Shown one piece after another: positions 1 to 8,486 of a stretch of DNA of 64,000 nt; the stretch's first letter is position 1, and each line of letters starts with the position of its first letter. The notes under the pieces were generated by a model that saw only the letters and a list, made by a program, of their open reading frames with translations, was not told the origin of the DNA and ran no database searches. The position numbers and the translations under genes were made by a program. Origin of the DNA: Candidatus Latescibacterota bacterium (GTDB lineage: Bacteria > Latescibacterota > UBA2968 > UBA8231); assembly GCA_965204725.1 (NCBI GenBank), contig OZ242005.1, positions 1,376,001-1,440,000 on the forward strand. The letters run 5' to 3'.

Positions 1-492
1 TGGGGCTGCGAACCCAACGATGCCGAAAGCATCCGCTTCGGCCAATCGGTCGGGGATTGGCCGGCCTTTGCCGACGCGGCCGAATCGCTCGCCTATCTGC
101 AACGCCACCACCGGCTGGTCACCCTGACCAACTGCGACCGCGCGAGCTACCGGGGCAGTGCCGCCCGCCTCGGCGACCCGTGGGACGCAGTCCTTACGGC
201 CGAGGAGATCGGCTCGTACAAACCGTCGCGGGCCAACTTTGAGTACCTACTCGCCCGGGTGGCCGCCGACTTAGGCGGCGCGCCCGAACACATCCTGCAC
301 GTCGCGCAGAGCCTTTTCCACGACCACGTCCCGGCCAAGGCCCTCGGACTGACGACCGCATGGATCGACCGGCGCGCTGGCCGCTCCGGCGGCGCAACGT
401 CCCGGCCACAGGAGGCGGTGAAGCCCGACTTCCGGTTCAAAAGCATGGCCGAACTCGTGGCCCAGCACCGCGCCGAACAGGGCGCGGCGTAA
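1..492 (+). CDS. Haloacid dehalogenase type II (HAD superfamily), 5'-truncated by window edge
   Basis: Frame 1 is open from base 1: WPAFADAAESL..LVTLTNCD..TAEEIGSYKP..ILHVAQSLFHDHVPAKALG (HAD motifs II-IV). Confidence 0.85.
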   Translation, partial: WGCEPNDAESIRFGQSVGDWPAFADAAESLAYLQRHHRLVTLTNCDRASYRGSAARLGDPWDAVLTAEEIGSYKPSRANFEYLLARVAADLGGAPEHILHVAQSLFHDHVPAKALGLTTAWIDRRAGRSGGATSRPQEAVKPDFRFKSMAELVAQHRAEQGAA

Positions 493-529
493 GGCTGCGC
501 TGCTAATTTCTGGCAAGGAGAGCAAACCC

Positions 530-1291
530 ATGAGCACATCCCTCCACGGCCGCATCGCCTTAGTAACCGGCGCGGCCGGCGGCCTTGGCCAAGCTATAAG
601 TCGCGCTTTGGCGGCCAAAGGCGCGGTGGTCGCATTGCATTACCGCACTCAGCAGGAGGTCGCACACGCCCTCGCCGCCGAGCTAGGCGGGGCCGCTTTT
701 GAGGCCGATATAACCAAGGCGGAGGCCGCGCAGTCGCTGGTTGAGCGCGTGGCCGGAGAATTGGGCGGGCTGGATATTTTGGTCAACAACGCCGGAATCA
801 CCATCGGCGGGCAATACGTGGCCGAGATGTCGCTGGCGGACTGGCACCGAGTGCTCGATGTCAACCTCAACAGCGTCCTCTATATGTGTAAGGCCGCCCT
901 GCCGCTGATGCGCACACGGGGCGGTGGCGCGGTCGTCAATATCGCCTCGAATGTGGTCAATACCCTGCCCGGCGGGGCCGCGGCGTATGCGACCTCTAAG
1001 GCCGGCGTCGTGGCCTTGACAAAGGTGCTGTCAAAAGAGGAAGCCGAGCACGGCATTCGGGTCAACGCGGTCTCGCCGGGGATCATTGACGCGGGGATGG
1101 GGCGCGGGGCGCTGGCGCGGCGGACGCCGGAGGTGCGGGCGCAGTTTCTCCGCAGCATTCCCATGCGCCGGGCCGGCGGGCCGGAAGAGGTGGCCGCGGC
1201 CGTGGTCTTTTTGGTCTCGCCGGCGGCCAGCTACGTGACGGGCCAGCACGTGAACGTCAACGGCGGTGACCGCACCGAGTCCTACCAGTAG
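530..1291 (+). CDS. SDR family oxidoreductase (FabG-like)
   Basis: TGAAGGLG, NNAG, YATSK catalytic motif, RVNAVSPG; AAGGAG RBS. Confidence 0.9.
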   Translation: MSTSLHGRIALVTGAAGGLGQAISRALAAKGAVVALHYRTQQEVAHALAAELGGAAFEADITKAEAAQSLVERVAGELGGLDILVNNAGITIGGQYVAEMSLADWHRVLDVNLNSVLYMCKAALPLMRTRGGGAVVNIASNVVNTLPGGAAAYATSKAGVVALTKVLSKEEAEHGIRVNAVSPGIIDAGMGRGALARRTPEVRAQFLRSIPMRRAGGPEEVAAAVVFLVSPAASYVTGQHVNVNGGDRTESYQ

Positions 1292-1293
1292 GA

Positions 1294-1497
1294 GGATCGA
1301 GGGCATCTTGCCCTCGTCGAGGGCGGGACGCCCTCGATCCCGGACGCAGCGGCACACTAGAAAAGGCGTAAGACTGGATTCCCGCCCCGTGTCGGGGCAC
1401 GGGGTGATGTTCTTTCGCGGGTGACGCCTCATCCGAATCCCGGACGCAGCGGCAACATCAGAAAAGGTGTGCTCAATGTAGGTGTCGCGTACTTGGG
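1294..1497. repeat. Composite intergenic palindromic (REP/MITE-like) repeat, copy 1
   Basis: Hairpins cgagggca-tct-tgccctcg and tcgagggcg-gga-cgccctcga; ~33-bp imperfect direct repeat atcccggacgcagcggca..agaaaagg at 1337 and 1437; tail aggtgtcgcgtactt at 1480; related copy at 29431. Confidence 0.75.
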
Positions 1498-1635
1498 AGG
1501 CGACCTGCCGCCTCAATTTGTGATAGACACCTGTACGAACAGTAACTATATTAGATTACTAACATTTATGAACCTCTGACGCCTGCTGCGGTCTCGCCGG
1601 AGGAGGCGTCTAATCGTCGAAAAGATCGCATTGAA

Positions 1636-3651
1636 ATGAAGTACTTGCTCACGGGCGGTGGCACGGGCGGCCATCTGTATCCGGCCTTGGCTATTGCCAA
1701 CGAAATTCGGCGGACGCGGGCCGACGCCCAATTCCTCTACGTGGGTCACCGCGACAAGCTCGATGCTTGGGTCGTGCCCGAGCAGGGCTACCCCATCCGC
1801 TTTGTTCGCGCCCGCCCCTTCCCGCGCTCTCGTTCCTTGGTGGCCCTGTTGCGATTTGCCTGTGCGCTGGCGGTCGGGGTCCTTCAGGGGGCGTTCATAC
1901 TCGTGCGCTACCGGCCGCAAATCATCATCAGCACGGGCGGCTTCGTCAGCGCGCCGATCCTCTTCGCGCACGGGGTGCTGGCCAAAATCGGCCTTTCGCG
2001 CGCCCGCATCTTTCTGTACGAGCCGAATGCCCATCCCGGGCTCTTAAACCAACTTACCGGGCGGTTGGCCCAGCGAATCGGCGTGGCGTTTGAGCAGGCG
2101 AGTCGCTGGTTCGACGCGGAGCGGGTGGCTGTGGTCGGCTATCCGGTGCGCCGCTCTTTTTTCCAGCTCGATCGGGCGGCCGCGCGGGAAAAGTTGGGCA
2201 TTGACCCAAGCCGCAAGGTCGTGCTCGCCTTTGGCGGGTCGGGCGGCGCCAAGGCCATCAACGAGGCCGTGCTCAAAGCCTTGTTCCGCTGGCGCGCAGC
2301 CGGGCTGGTGGTCATCCACGTCACCGGCCGCTACAAGGGGCCGGATTACGACGCCGTGGCCGAGACCGAGGCCGCGTTGGCCGCGATGGGGCTAGCGGGC
2401 GAGTGCGACTGGTATCGACGCCTTGATTACGCGGATCAGATCGCCGATCTGGTCGGAGCGGCCGATCTGGTCATTTGCCGCTCGGGCGCAGGGACCCTGA
2501 CCGAGATGGCCGTCAGCGGGACGCCCGCGCTGATTGTGCCGCTGCCGACCGCGGCCGAAGACCACCAAGCCCTGAATGCGCGGGAGATGGAGCGGATAGG
2601 GGCGGCCTCGGTGCTCTACCAAGAGGCGTTTTGGGATAACGCCTGTGTCTATAGCAAGTTGGACGAGGAGAAATTGGCGCGGCAGGTGCTCGCGTTGTGC
2701 GCCGATGAGGAGCGCTTGCAGGCCATGAGCGCGGCCGCCAAGACCATGCCCAAGGCCAACAGCCTCGAACTCATCACGACCGAGTTGGACAACCTCGACG
2801 CCGGGCAGCACTCGCCGCCGTTGCGCTTGGAGTTGCCCTCGGCGCAAAAAGGCGGCTTGCCGACCGCCCCCAACGCCTTGCTGCGCTGGGTACAAGCGCG
2901 AGTCGAAGAGGTCGGGGGGGTGGAGGCGATGCACCGCGGCGAACTGGCTTATCTGCGCTATCAAGCCGATCGCCTGCTCGCGTCTGAGGGGTGGTGCGAA
3001 ATCCCGCTGGGGCGGCGCAACGTGGGCATTAAGCTCGTCGCGCTCTTGAACTACCAAGAGCGGCTGCCCCTCCTGCTGCACATCCTCACCGACCGCACCC
3101 CGACCAGCCGAGCGCGCCGGTTTTGCGGCGGCGATTTCCGCCACGGGGGCATTATACGCCGCAATGTCGTCGAATACGGCCTGCGCGGCTTGGGGGCGAC
3201 CGACGCGCACACCCGGGCCGCGCTGCTCAATGCGCTCGCCGCCGATCCCTACTTTGAGGTGCGGGCGTGGGCGGCGCAGGCGATCGGCGAGCTTTTTGCC
3301 GCCGATGACGCGCTCGAAAACGCGCTCTGTGCGGCCCTCGACGACCGCGCCCCGGAAGTGGTCGTTCAAGCCCTGAGTGCCCTCGGCAAGATAAGCCACA
3401 ATCCCGGCCTGCTAGCCCGGCTGCGCCGCTTCTACCTACACCCGAACTGGCAATTCCGCGAGCAGGTCGTGCTGGTGCTGATCGAATTTCTGCAACGCGG
3501 CGTCTTGGAGCCGGCCCAGTTGGAGCGCGATCTCGACCAAGTCTTGATCTCCATGCCTTATTTTAAGCCGGAGTTTCCCCTCGGCGCACACCTGCGCGAA
3601 TTGGCCGATCTCGTGCGCGCCGACCGACCTTGGGCGGCCTCGCAGCAATGA
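1636..3651 (+). CDS. murG: MurG-type glycosyltransferase fused to a C-terminal helical/HEAT-repeat domain
   Basis: GGGTGGHLYPALAIA, TGGFVSAP, EPNAHPG, FGGSGGA, ICRSGAGTLTE, HQALNA; extra ~280 aa with HEAT-like repeats (DPYFEVRAWAAQAIGEL, DRAPEVVVQALSALGKI). Confidence 0.85.
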   Translation: MKYLLTGGGTGGHLYPALAIANEIRRTRADAQFLYVGHRDKLDAWVVPEQGYPIRFVRARPFPRSRSLVALLRFACALAVGVLQGAFILVRYRPQIIISTGGFVSAPILFAHGVLAKIGLSRARIFLYEPNAHPGLLNQLTGRLAQRIGVAFEQASRWFDAERVAVVGYPVRRSFFQLDRAAAREKLGIDPSRKVVLAFGGSGGAKAINEAVLKALFRWRAAGLVVIHVTGRYKGPDYDAVAETEAALAAMGLAGECDWYRRLDYADQIADLVGAADLVICRSGAGTLTEMAVSGTPALIVPLPTAAEDHQALNAREMERIGAASVLYQEAFWDNACVYSKLDEEKLARQVLALCADEERLQAMSAAAKTMPKANSLELITTELDNLDAGQHSPPLRLELPSAQKGGLPTAPNALLRWVQARVEEVGGVEAMHRGELAYLRYQADRLLASEGWCEIPLGRRNVGIKLVALLNYQERLPLLLHILTDRTPTSRARRFCGGDFRHGGIIRRNVVEYGLRGLGATDAHTRAALLNALAADPYFEVRAWAAQAIGELFAADDALENALCAALDDRAPEVVVQALSALGKISHNPGLLARLRRFYLHPNWQFREQVVLVLIEFLQRGVLEPAQLERDLDQVLISMPYFKPEFPLGAHLRELADLVRADRPWAASQQ

Positions 3652-4754
3652 TCTACTACCTCGGGATTTACCTGCACGATGCGGTTGAGGCCCTGTCGTT
3701 TTTGCGCTTGGTCGATTCGATCAGCTTTCGCGCCATCTTCGGGGCGATCACGTCGTTGGTTCTCACCATCCTCTGCGGCGGGCGGGTCATTCTCTACTTC
3801 TACAGCCGCGGGCACCGCGACATGCCGCGCGACTATCTCAACTCTGAGGCCGTCAGCAATCAAGCCAAAACCTACGGCGGTGGCCTAGTCGTCGCCGCGA
3901 TCTTGATCAGCATCGTCCTGTGGTGCAAGCTGCTCAGCCTCTTCGTCATATTCTGCGTGGGGGCGATTGTCTGGTTCGGTGCGCTCGGCTCGATTGACGA
4001 CCACCTCAAGGTGCGCTATCGCTCTAGTGATCGCGGCTTGTCCGAGCGGGCCAAGTTGGCGCTGCAAGTCTCCTTTGGCCTGGGGTTTGGGGCCGCGTAC
4101 ATCACCCAAGCCCTCCCGGCCGAGTCGGCTGGTTTGGCGACCCAGCTCTATTTGCCCTTTTTCAAAAATCCGCTCCTCGACCTTTCGTGGGGCTATGTGC
4201 CTTTTATCGCCTTTACGGTGACGGCCATTTCCAACTCGGTCAATCTCGCCGATGGGATCGACGGCTTGGCCATTGTGCCGACTTCTTTTGTCGTGGCGGT
4301 CTTCGGGGTGTTCGCCTACGTGTCCAGCCATGCGGCGATCTCGGAGTTCCTCATCTTTCCCTTTATGCCGGGCGTGGGGGAAGTCACCGTGATCTGCTCC
4401 ATCGTCTTTGGGGCCTGCCTCGGGTTTTTGTGGTTCAACTCCTATCCGGCCAACGTCATCATGGGCGACACCGGGTCCATGGCCTTGGGCGGCTTGTTGG
4501 GCACGGTGGCCGTCTTGGTCAAACAGGAGTTCCTGTTCCTAATCGTCGGGGGGATCTTCGTCGGCGAAACGCTGTCGGTGGTAATCCAAGAAAAGATCGG
4601 CATCCGGTGGCTGGGGCGGCGCTTTTTTACCCGCTCGCCGATTCACCACCACTTCCAACAGCGTGGCTTGGCCGACACCAAGATCGTCATTCGGTTCTGG
4701 ATCGTGGCCGGCATTTTGGCGCTGTGCGGCTTGGCGACGCTCAAGATTCGCTAG
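3648..4754 (+). CDS. mraY: Phospho-N-acetylmuramoyl-pentapeptide transferase (divergent MraY)
   Basis: IDDHLK, NSVNLADGIDGL, WFNSYPANVIMGDTGSMALG, SPIHHHF; ATGA overlap with murG stop. Confidence 0.88.
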   Translation: MIYYLGIYLHDAVEALSFLRLVDSISFRAIFGAITSLVLTILCGGRVILYFYSRGHRDMPRDYLNSEAVSNQAKTYGGGLVVAAILISIVLWCKLLSLFVIFCVGAIVWFGALGSIDDHLKVRYRSSDRGLSERAKLALQVSFGLGFGAAYITQALPAESAGLATQLYLPFFKNPLLDLSWGYVPFIAFTVTAISNSVNLADGIDGLAIVPTSFVVAVFGVFAYVSSHAAISEFLIFPFMPGVGEVTVICSIVFGACLGFLWFNSYPANVIMGDTGSMALGGLLGTVAVLVKQEFLFLIVGGIFVGETLSVVIQEKIGIRWLGRRFFTRSPIHHHFQQRGLADTKIVIRFWIVAGILALCGLATLKIR

Positions 4755-5224
4755 CTTGCCCAGAGGCCATAGGCGCAGAGGAGGACGATGGCCGCGCCGA
4801 GCAGGAAGGCCGCAGAGATAGGGAGCGGCGCGGGGTGGCGGCTGACGGCGCGCTGGTAGTGGCCGTACTCAGCCGCCAAGAGGCTGTAGCCGGAGACGAG
4901 GGCGGCGATGAGGGCGGCGATGAAGCAGGTAAAGACTACTGAGTCGGCTGAAAACGCCCGGGCGATGCTCGCGACGTAAGTGCCGATGTTGATCAGCAGG
5001 CCGTGCCGCTTGGTCTGGACGCCGTAGAGTACGAGGCCCGCGCAAAACGAGGCGACGACCGCCGAGGCCAAGGCCGACAGCCAATCGCACGCGGCCGAGA
5101 GCAGCAAAAGGCCCGTGCCAACGGGCAGGTGGAGCCACATCCCGACATAAGCGTAGAAAAAGGGCGTGCGATTAAACGGCGAGTGCCCCATTAGATAGTG
5201 GGCAAAGGTAGCGAATTTGGGCAT
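4751..5224 (-). CDS. Hypothetical multi-pass membrane protein
   Basis: 157 aa, about 5 hydrophobic segments; fills the gap between mraY and recG. Confidence 0.7.
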   Translation of the reverse strand: MPKFATFAHYLMGHSPFNRTPFFYAYVGMWLHLPVGTGLLLLSAACDWLSALASAVVASFCAGLVLYGVQTKRHGLLINIGTYVASIARAFSADSVVFTCFIAALIAALVSGYSLLAAEYGHYQRAVSRHPAPLPISAAFLLGAAIVLLCAYGLWAS

Positions 5225-5278
5225 GGCAATGGGGCCAAAGATAGGCTGCCGCTAAGAGGCGTCAACGCATGACCAATC

Positions 5279-7282
5279 ATGGAAATTCTGTCCACTCCCA
5301 TTGAAAAAATCAAAGGCGTAGGGGCCAAACGCGCGTCCGCGCTCAAAGATGTGGAGATTCGGACGCTGGGCGATTTGTTGTACTATCTGCCGCGCCGCTA
5401 CCTCGACCGCACGCAGGTTTTGCCCATGGCCCGGGCGCCCATCGGCCAAGAGGTCACGCTCATCGGCCAAGTGCGCCAGACGCGCTTCGTGCCCGGGCCG
5501 CGGCCCCGCTTCGTGATGGTCGTGGCCGATGAGACCGACGACATTACCTGCGTCTTTTTTCAGGGGGGGCGCTACTTGCAGCGCAACTTTGCCGTTGGCA
5601 ACGAACTGGCCCTAAGCGGCAAGGTCGATCTCTTTCAGGGGCGGCGGCAGATGGTCCATCCCGAATACGAATTCATCCACGGAGAGGAGCGGCTCCACAC
5701 GAGCACGGTCGTGCCGCTCTATACGACCAGTGCCGATCTGAAGGAGCGCGGCCTGCGCAGCCGGGGGTTCCGCCGCTTGGTACGCGAGGCGTTGGACGCC
5801 TTTGCCGAGCGCATTGAAGACGACTTGCCGGCCGCCTTGCGGCAGCGCTTGGGCTATGCGGAGCGGGGCGCGAGTCTGCGCCAAGTGCATTTTCCCACCA
5901 GCCTTGCCGAAGCAGACCGCGCGCGGCAGCGCTTGGCTTTTGGCGAGCTTTTTGCCTTCCAGTTGCGCTTGGCGCGGCGGCGCAAGAAAAACCGCGAGCA
6001 GGCCGACGGCCTAGCCTTCGCGCCCAGTGAAAAACTGGTGCCGGCCTTGTGGGATTCCCTGCCGTTTGCCCCAACGCGCGCCCAGCGCCGGGTCGTCGCT
6101 GAAATCGCCGCGCAGATGCAGCGTCCCCAAGTTATGAACTGCCTCGTCCAAGGCGACGTCGGCTCGGGCAAGACCTTGGTGGGGCTGTGCGCGATGCTGG
6201 GGGCCGTGGAGAACGGCTACCAAGCGGCCATGATGGCCCCGACCGAGATCCTCGCCGAGCAGCACTTTTTTACCATCGAGGCCCTCGTCGCTCCCCTCGG
6301 GCTGACAGCGATCTTCCTCAAAGGCGGCCAGCGCAGGGCACTGCGGGAGGAGCGGTTGACAGCCATTGCCAGCGGCGCGGCCCACATTGCGGTGGGCACG
6401 CACGCGCTGATTCAGGAGCAGGTACAATTTGCTCGCTTGGGGCTGGCGGTCATCGACGAGCAGCACCGCTTTGGGGTGGTGCAGCGCGGCGCGCTCTACC
6501 AGAAAGGCGCGAAGCCCGATTTGCTCGTAATGACGGCCACGCCCATCCCGCGCACCTTGGCCCTGACCCTGTACGGCGAGTTGGATGTGTCGGTCATCGA
6601 CGAGTTGCCTCCTGGGCGCAAGCCGGTTCGCACGGCCGTCCGCGGCCGCGAGCGCCGGGCGGCGATCTTTGAGTTTGCCGGCGATCAGGTGCGGCAAGGG
6701 CGGCAAGTGTACGTGGTATATCCCCTGATTGAGGAGTCGGAAAAGGCGGATTACAAATCTGCGGTCGAAGCCTACGACGAGCTGCGCTCCGGCCCGTTGG
6801 CCGAATTTTCAGTGGCCTTGTTGCACGGGCGGATGGCGGCCGAAGAAAAGGCCGCGGTCATGGAAGATTTTAAGCAAAACCGGGTCCAAGTCTTGGTCTG
6901 TACCACGGTCGTTGAGGTCGGGGTGGATGTGCCCAATGCCACGGTGATGATCATCGAACACGCCGAGCGCTTCGGCTTGGCGCAACTACACCAGTTGCGC
7001 GGTCGCGTGGGGCGCGGCGGCGAGCAGTCGTTTTGCATTCTCATTAGCTACGCCCGCGCCGGCGGCGAGCTGGCGGATGTGGGCGAGCGGCTCCAGACCA
7101 TGGAGCGCACCCAAGACGGATTTGCGATTGCGGAAAAGGATTTGCAACTGCGCGGCCCGGGCGAGTTTTTCGGCGTGCGCCAAGCCGGGATGCCGGCGTT
7201 TAAGGCCGCGAATTTGGTCACCGACGGGGCCTTGTTGCAAAGCGCGCGCGAAGAAGCCACGCGGATTGTAGCCAGCCAATAG
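5279..7282 (+). CDS. recG: ATP-dependent DNA helicase RecG
   Basis: Wedge domain, QGDVGSGKT, DEQHRFG, MTATPIPRTL, QLHQLRGRVGRG, DGFAIAEKDLQLRGPG. Confidence 0.97.
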   Translation: MEILSTPIEKIKGVGAKRASALKDVEIRTLGDLLYYLPRRYLDRTQVLPMARAPIGQEVTLIGQVRQTRFVPGPRPRFVMVVADETDDITCVFFQGGRYLQRNFAVGNELALSGKVDLFQGRRQMVHPEYEFIHGEERLHTSTVVPLYTTSADLKERGLRSRGFRRLVREALDAFAERIEDDLPAALRQRLGYAERGASLRQVHFPTSLAEADRARQRLAFGELFAFQLRLARRRKKNREQADGLAFAPSEKLVPALWDSLPFAPTRAQRRVVAEIAAQMQRPQVMNCLVQGDVGSGKTLVGLCAMLGAVENGYQAAMMAPTEILAEQHFFTIEALVAPLGLTAIFLKGGQRRALREERLTAIASGAAHIAVGTHALIQEQVQFARLGLAVIDEQHRFGVVQRGALYQKGAKPDLLVMTATPIPRTLALTLYGELDVSVIDELPPGRKPVRTAVRGRERRAAIFEFAGDQVRQGRQVYVVYPLIEESEKADYKSAVEAYDELRSGPLAEFSVALLHGRMAAEEKAAVMEDFKQNRVQVLVCTTVVEVGVDVPNATVMIIEHAERFGLAQLHQLRGRVGRGGEQSFCILISYARAGGELADVGERLQTMERTQDGFAIAEKDLQLRGPGEFFGVRQAGMPAFKAANLVTDGALLQSAREEATRIVASQ

Positions 7283-7290
7283 GACATGCC

Positions 7291-8421
7291 ATGAAAAACG
7301 AAAGCCTCATTGCCCCCACAGATTTCGCGGGGCTCGACGCGGTGACTCATCTCTGTACCGGGGGCGAAGCGCCGTGGCTAAAAGGGCAGAGCGCGGTGTA
7401 CGCGGAATTTGTGCAACACAAAAGCCGGGGCGACCGCGGTCGGCGCGCCCTGTACGCCCGCGGCGACCGCTGCCGCCAGCGCATGGGGCAGTTGTGGGGC
7501 GTCCCGGCCGAGCGCATCGCCTTTATGCCCTCGGCCGCTGAGGGCATGGCGTGGTTGGCGCGGGGCTTGGACTGGCGTCCGGGCGACAATGTGGTCTCCA
7601 CCAATTTGGAATTTCCCTCGGTGGCGTACAATTGGCGCAACATGCGCCGGCAAGGGGTCGAGCTGCGGCTGGTGCCGCACCGCGACTGGCTGGTGCGGGA
7701 GGACGATCTGTTGGCCGCGGTCGATGAGCGCACTCGGGTCTTGGCCGTGAGCCAAGTCAGCTTCTACACGGGGCAAAACCTCGATATTGAGCGGCTGGCG
7801 GCCGGGCTTGCCGGTCGCGACGCGCTCTTGGCGGTCGATGCGACCCATGCCGCGGGGGCGATCGCCGTGCCGGCCGCGTGTGCCGACTTGTGCGTCAGTT
7901 CGTGCTACAAGTGGCTGTTGGCGACCCACGGGGTCGCGCCGTGTTATCTGAGCACACGGGCCGAGGCGCGGGTGCGCTCCACGGCCTTTGGTTGGCGCAA
8001 CTTGGCGGTGTGGCCGGCCCAAGGGGCGGAACGCGCCCCGGACGCCGACGAAAAGCCAATGCCCGATAAAATGGAGCCGGGCAATCCGGCCATGGTCGTG
8101 GTGCTCTACCTCGACTACGCCTTGGGGCGGCTGTTGGACATAGGGATCGACCGGATAGCCGAGCACAACCGCGACTTATCCGAACAAATCAGCGCCGGAC
8201 TGGCGCGTCTCGGGCGGCGGGTCATTTCCCCGAGTGCCCGGCCGCAGCGCTCGGGCAACACCTGCTTTGCGGACGACGACGCGCACCGGCTGAGCGAAGC
8301 GCTCGCCGATCGGGAGGTGTTGGTGTGGGGGGAATACGGGCGGGTGCGGGTCTCGGGGCATTTATACAACAACAGCGACGATGTGGAGCGGTTTTTGGCG
8401 GTCTTGGGCGAATTGGTGTAG
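7291..8421 (+). CDS. Aminotransferase class V, PLP-dependent (cysteine desulfurase-like)
   Basis: EFPSV, VDATHAAG, SSCYKWL PLP lysine, RVSGHLYN. Confidence 0.85.
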   Translation: MKNESLIAPTDFAGLDAVTHLCTGGEAPWLKGQSAVYAEFVQHKSRGDRGRRALYARGDRCRQRMGQLWGVPAERIAFMPSAAEGMAWLARGLDWRPGDNVVSTNLEFPSVAYNWRNMRRQGVELRLVPHRDWLVREDDLLAAVDERTRVLAVSQVSFYTGQNLDIERLAAGLAGRDALLAVDATHAAGAIAVPAACADLCVSSCYKWLLATHGVAPCYLSTRAEARVRSTAFGWRNLAVWPAQGAERAPDADEKPMPDKMEPGNPAMVVVLYLDYALGRLLDIGIDRIAEHNRDLSEQISAGLARLGRRVISPSARPQRSGNTCFADDDAHRLSEALADREVLVWGEYGRVRVSGHLYNNSDDVERFLAVLGELV

Positions 8422-8486
8422 GGAGGCGAGGACGGCAGAAACCGCGGCGGCATAGGTATAAAAGCAAGGTAGAGGAGTAAAACGAG

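Noticed and set aside
1337-1470. Two ~33-bp direct repeats as a mini CRISPR array
   Set aside because: Only two imperfect units, a 66-bp self-complementary spacer, and no cas genes
1578-1610. Hairpin gacgcct..aggcgtc in the murG leader as a riboswitch
   Set aside because: Short imperfect stem with no recognisable aptamer motifs
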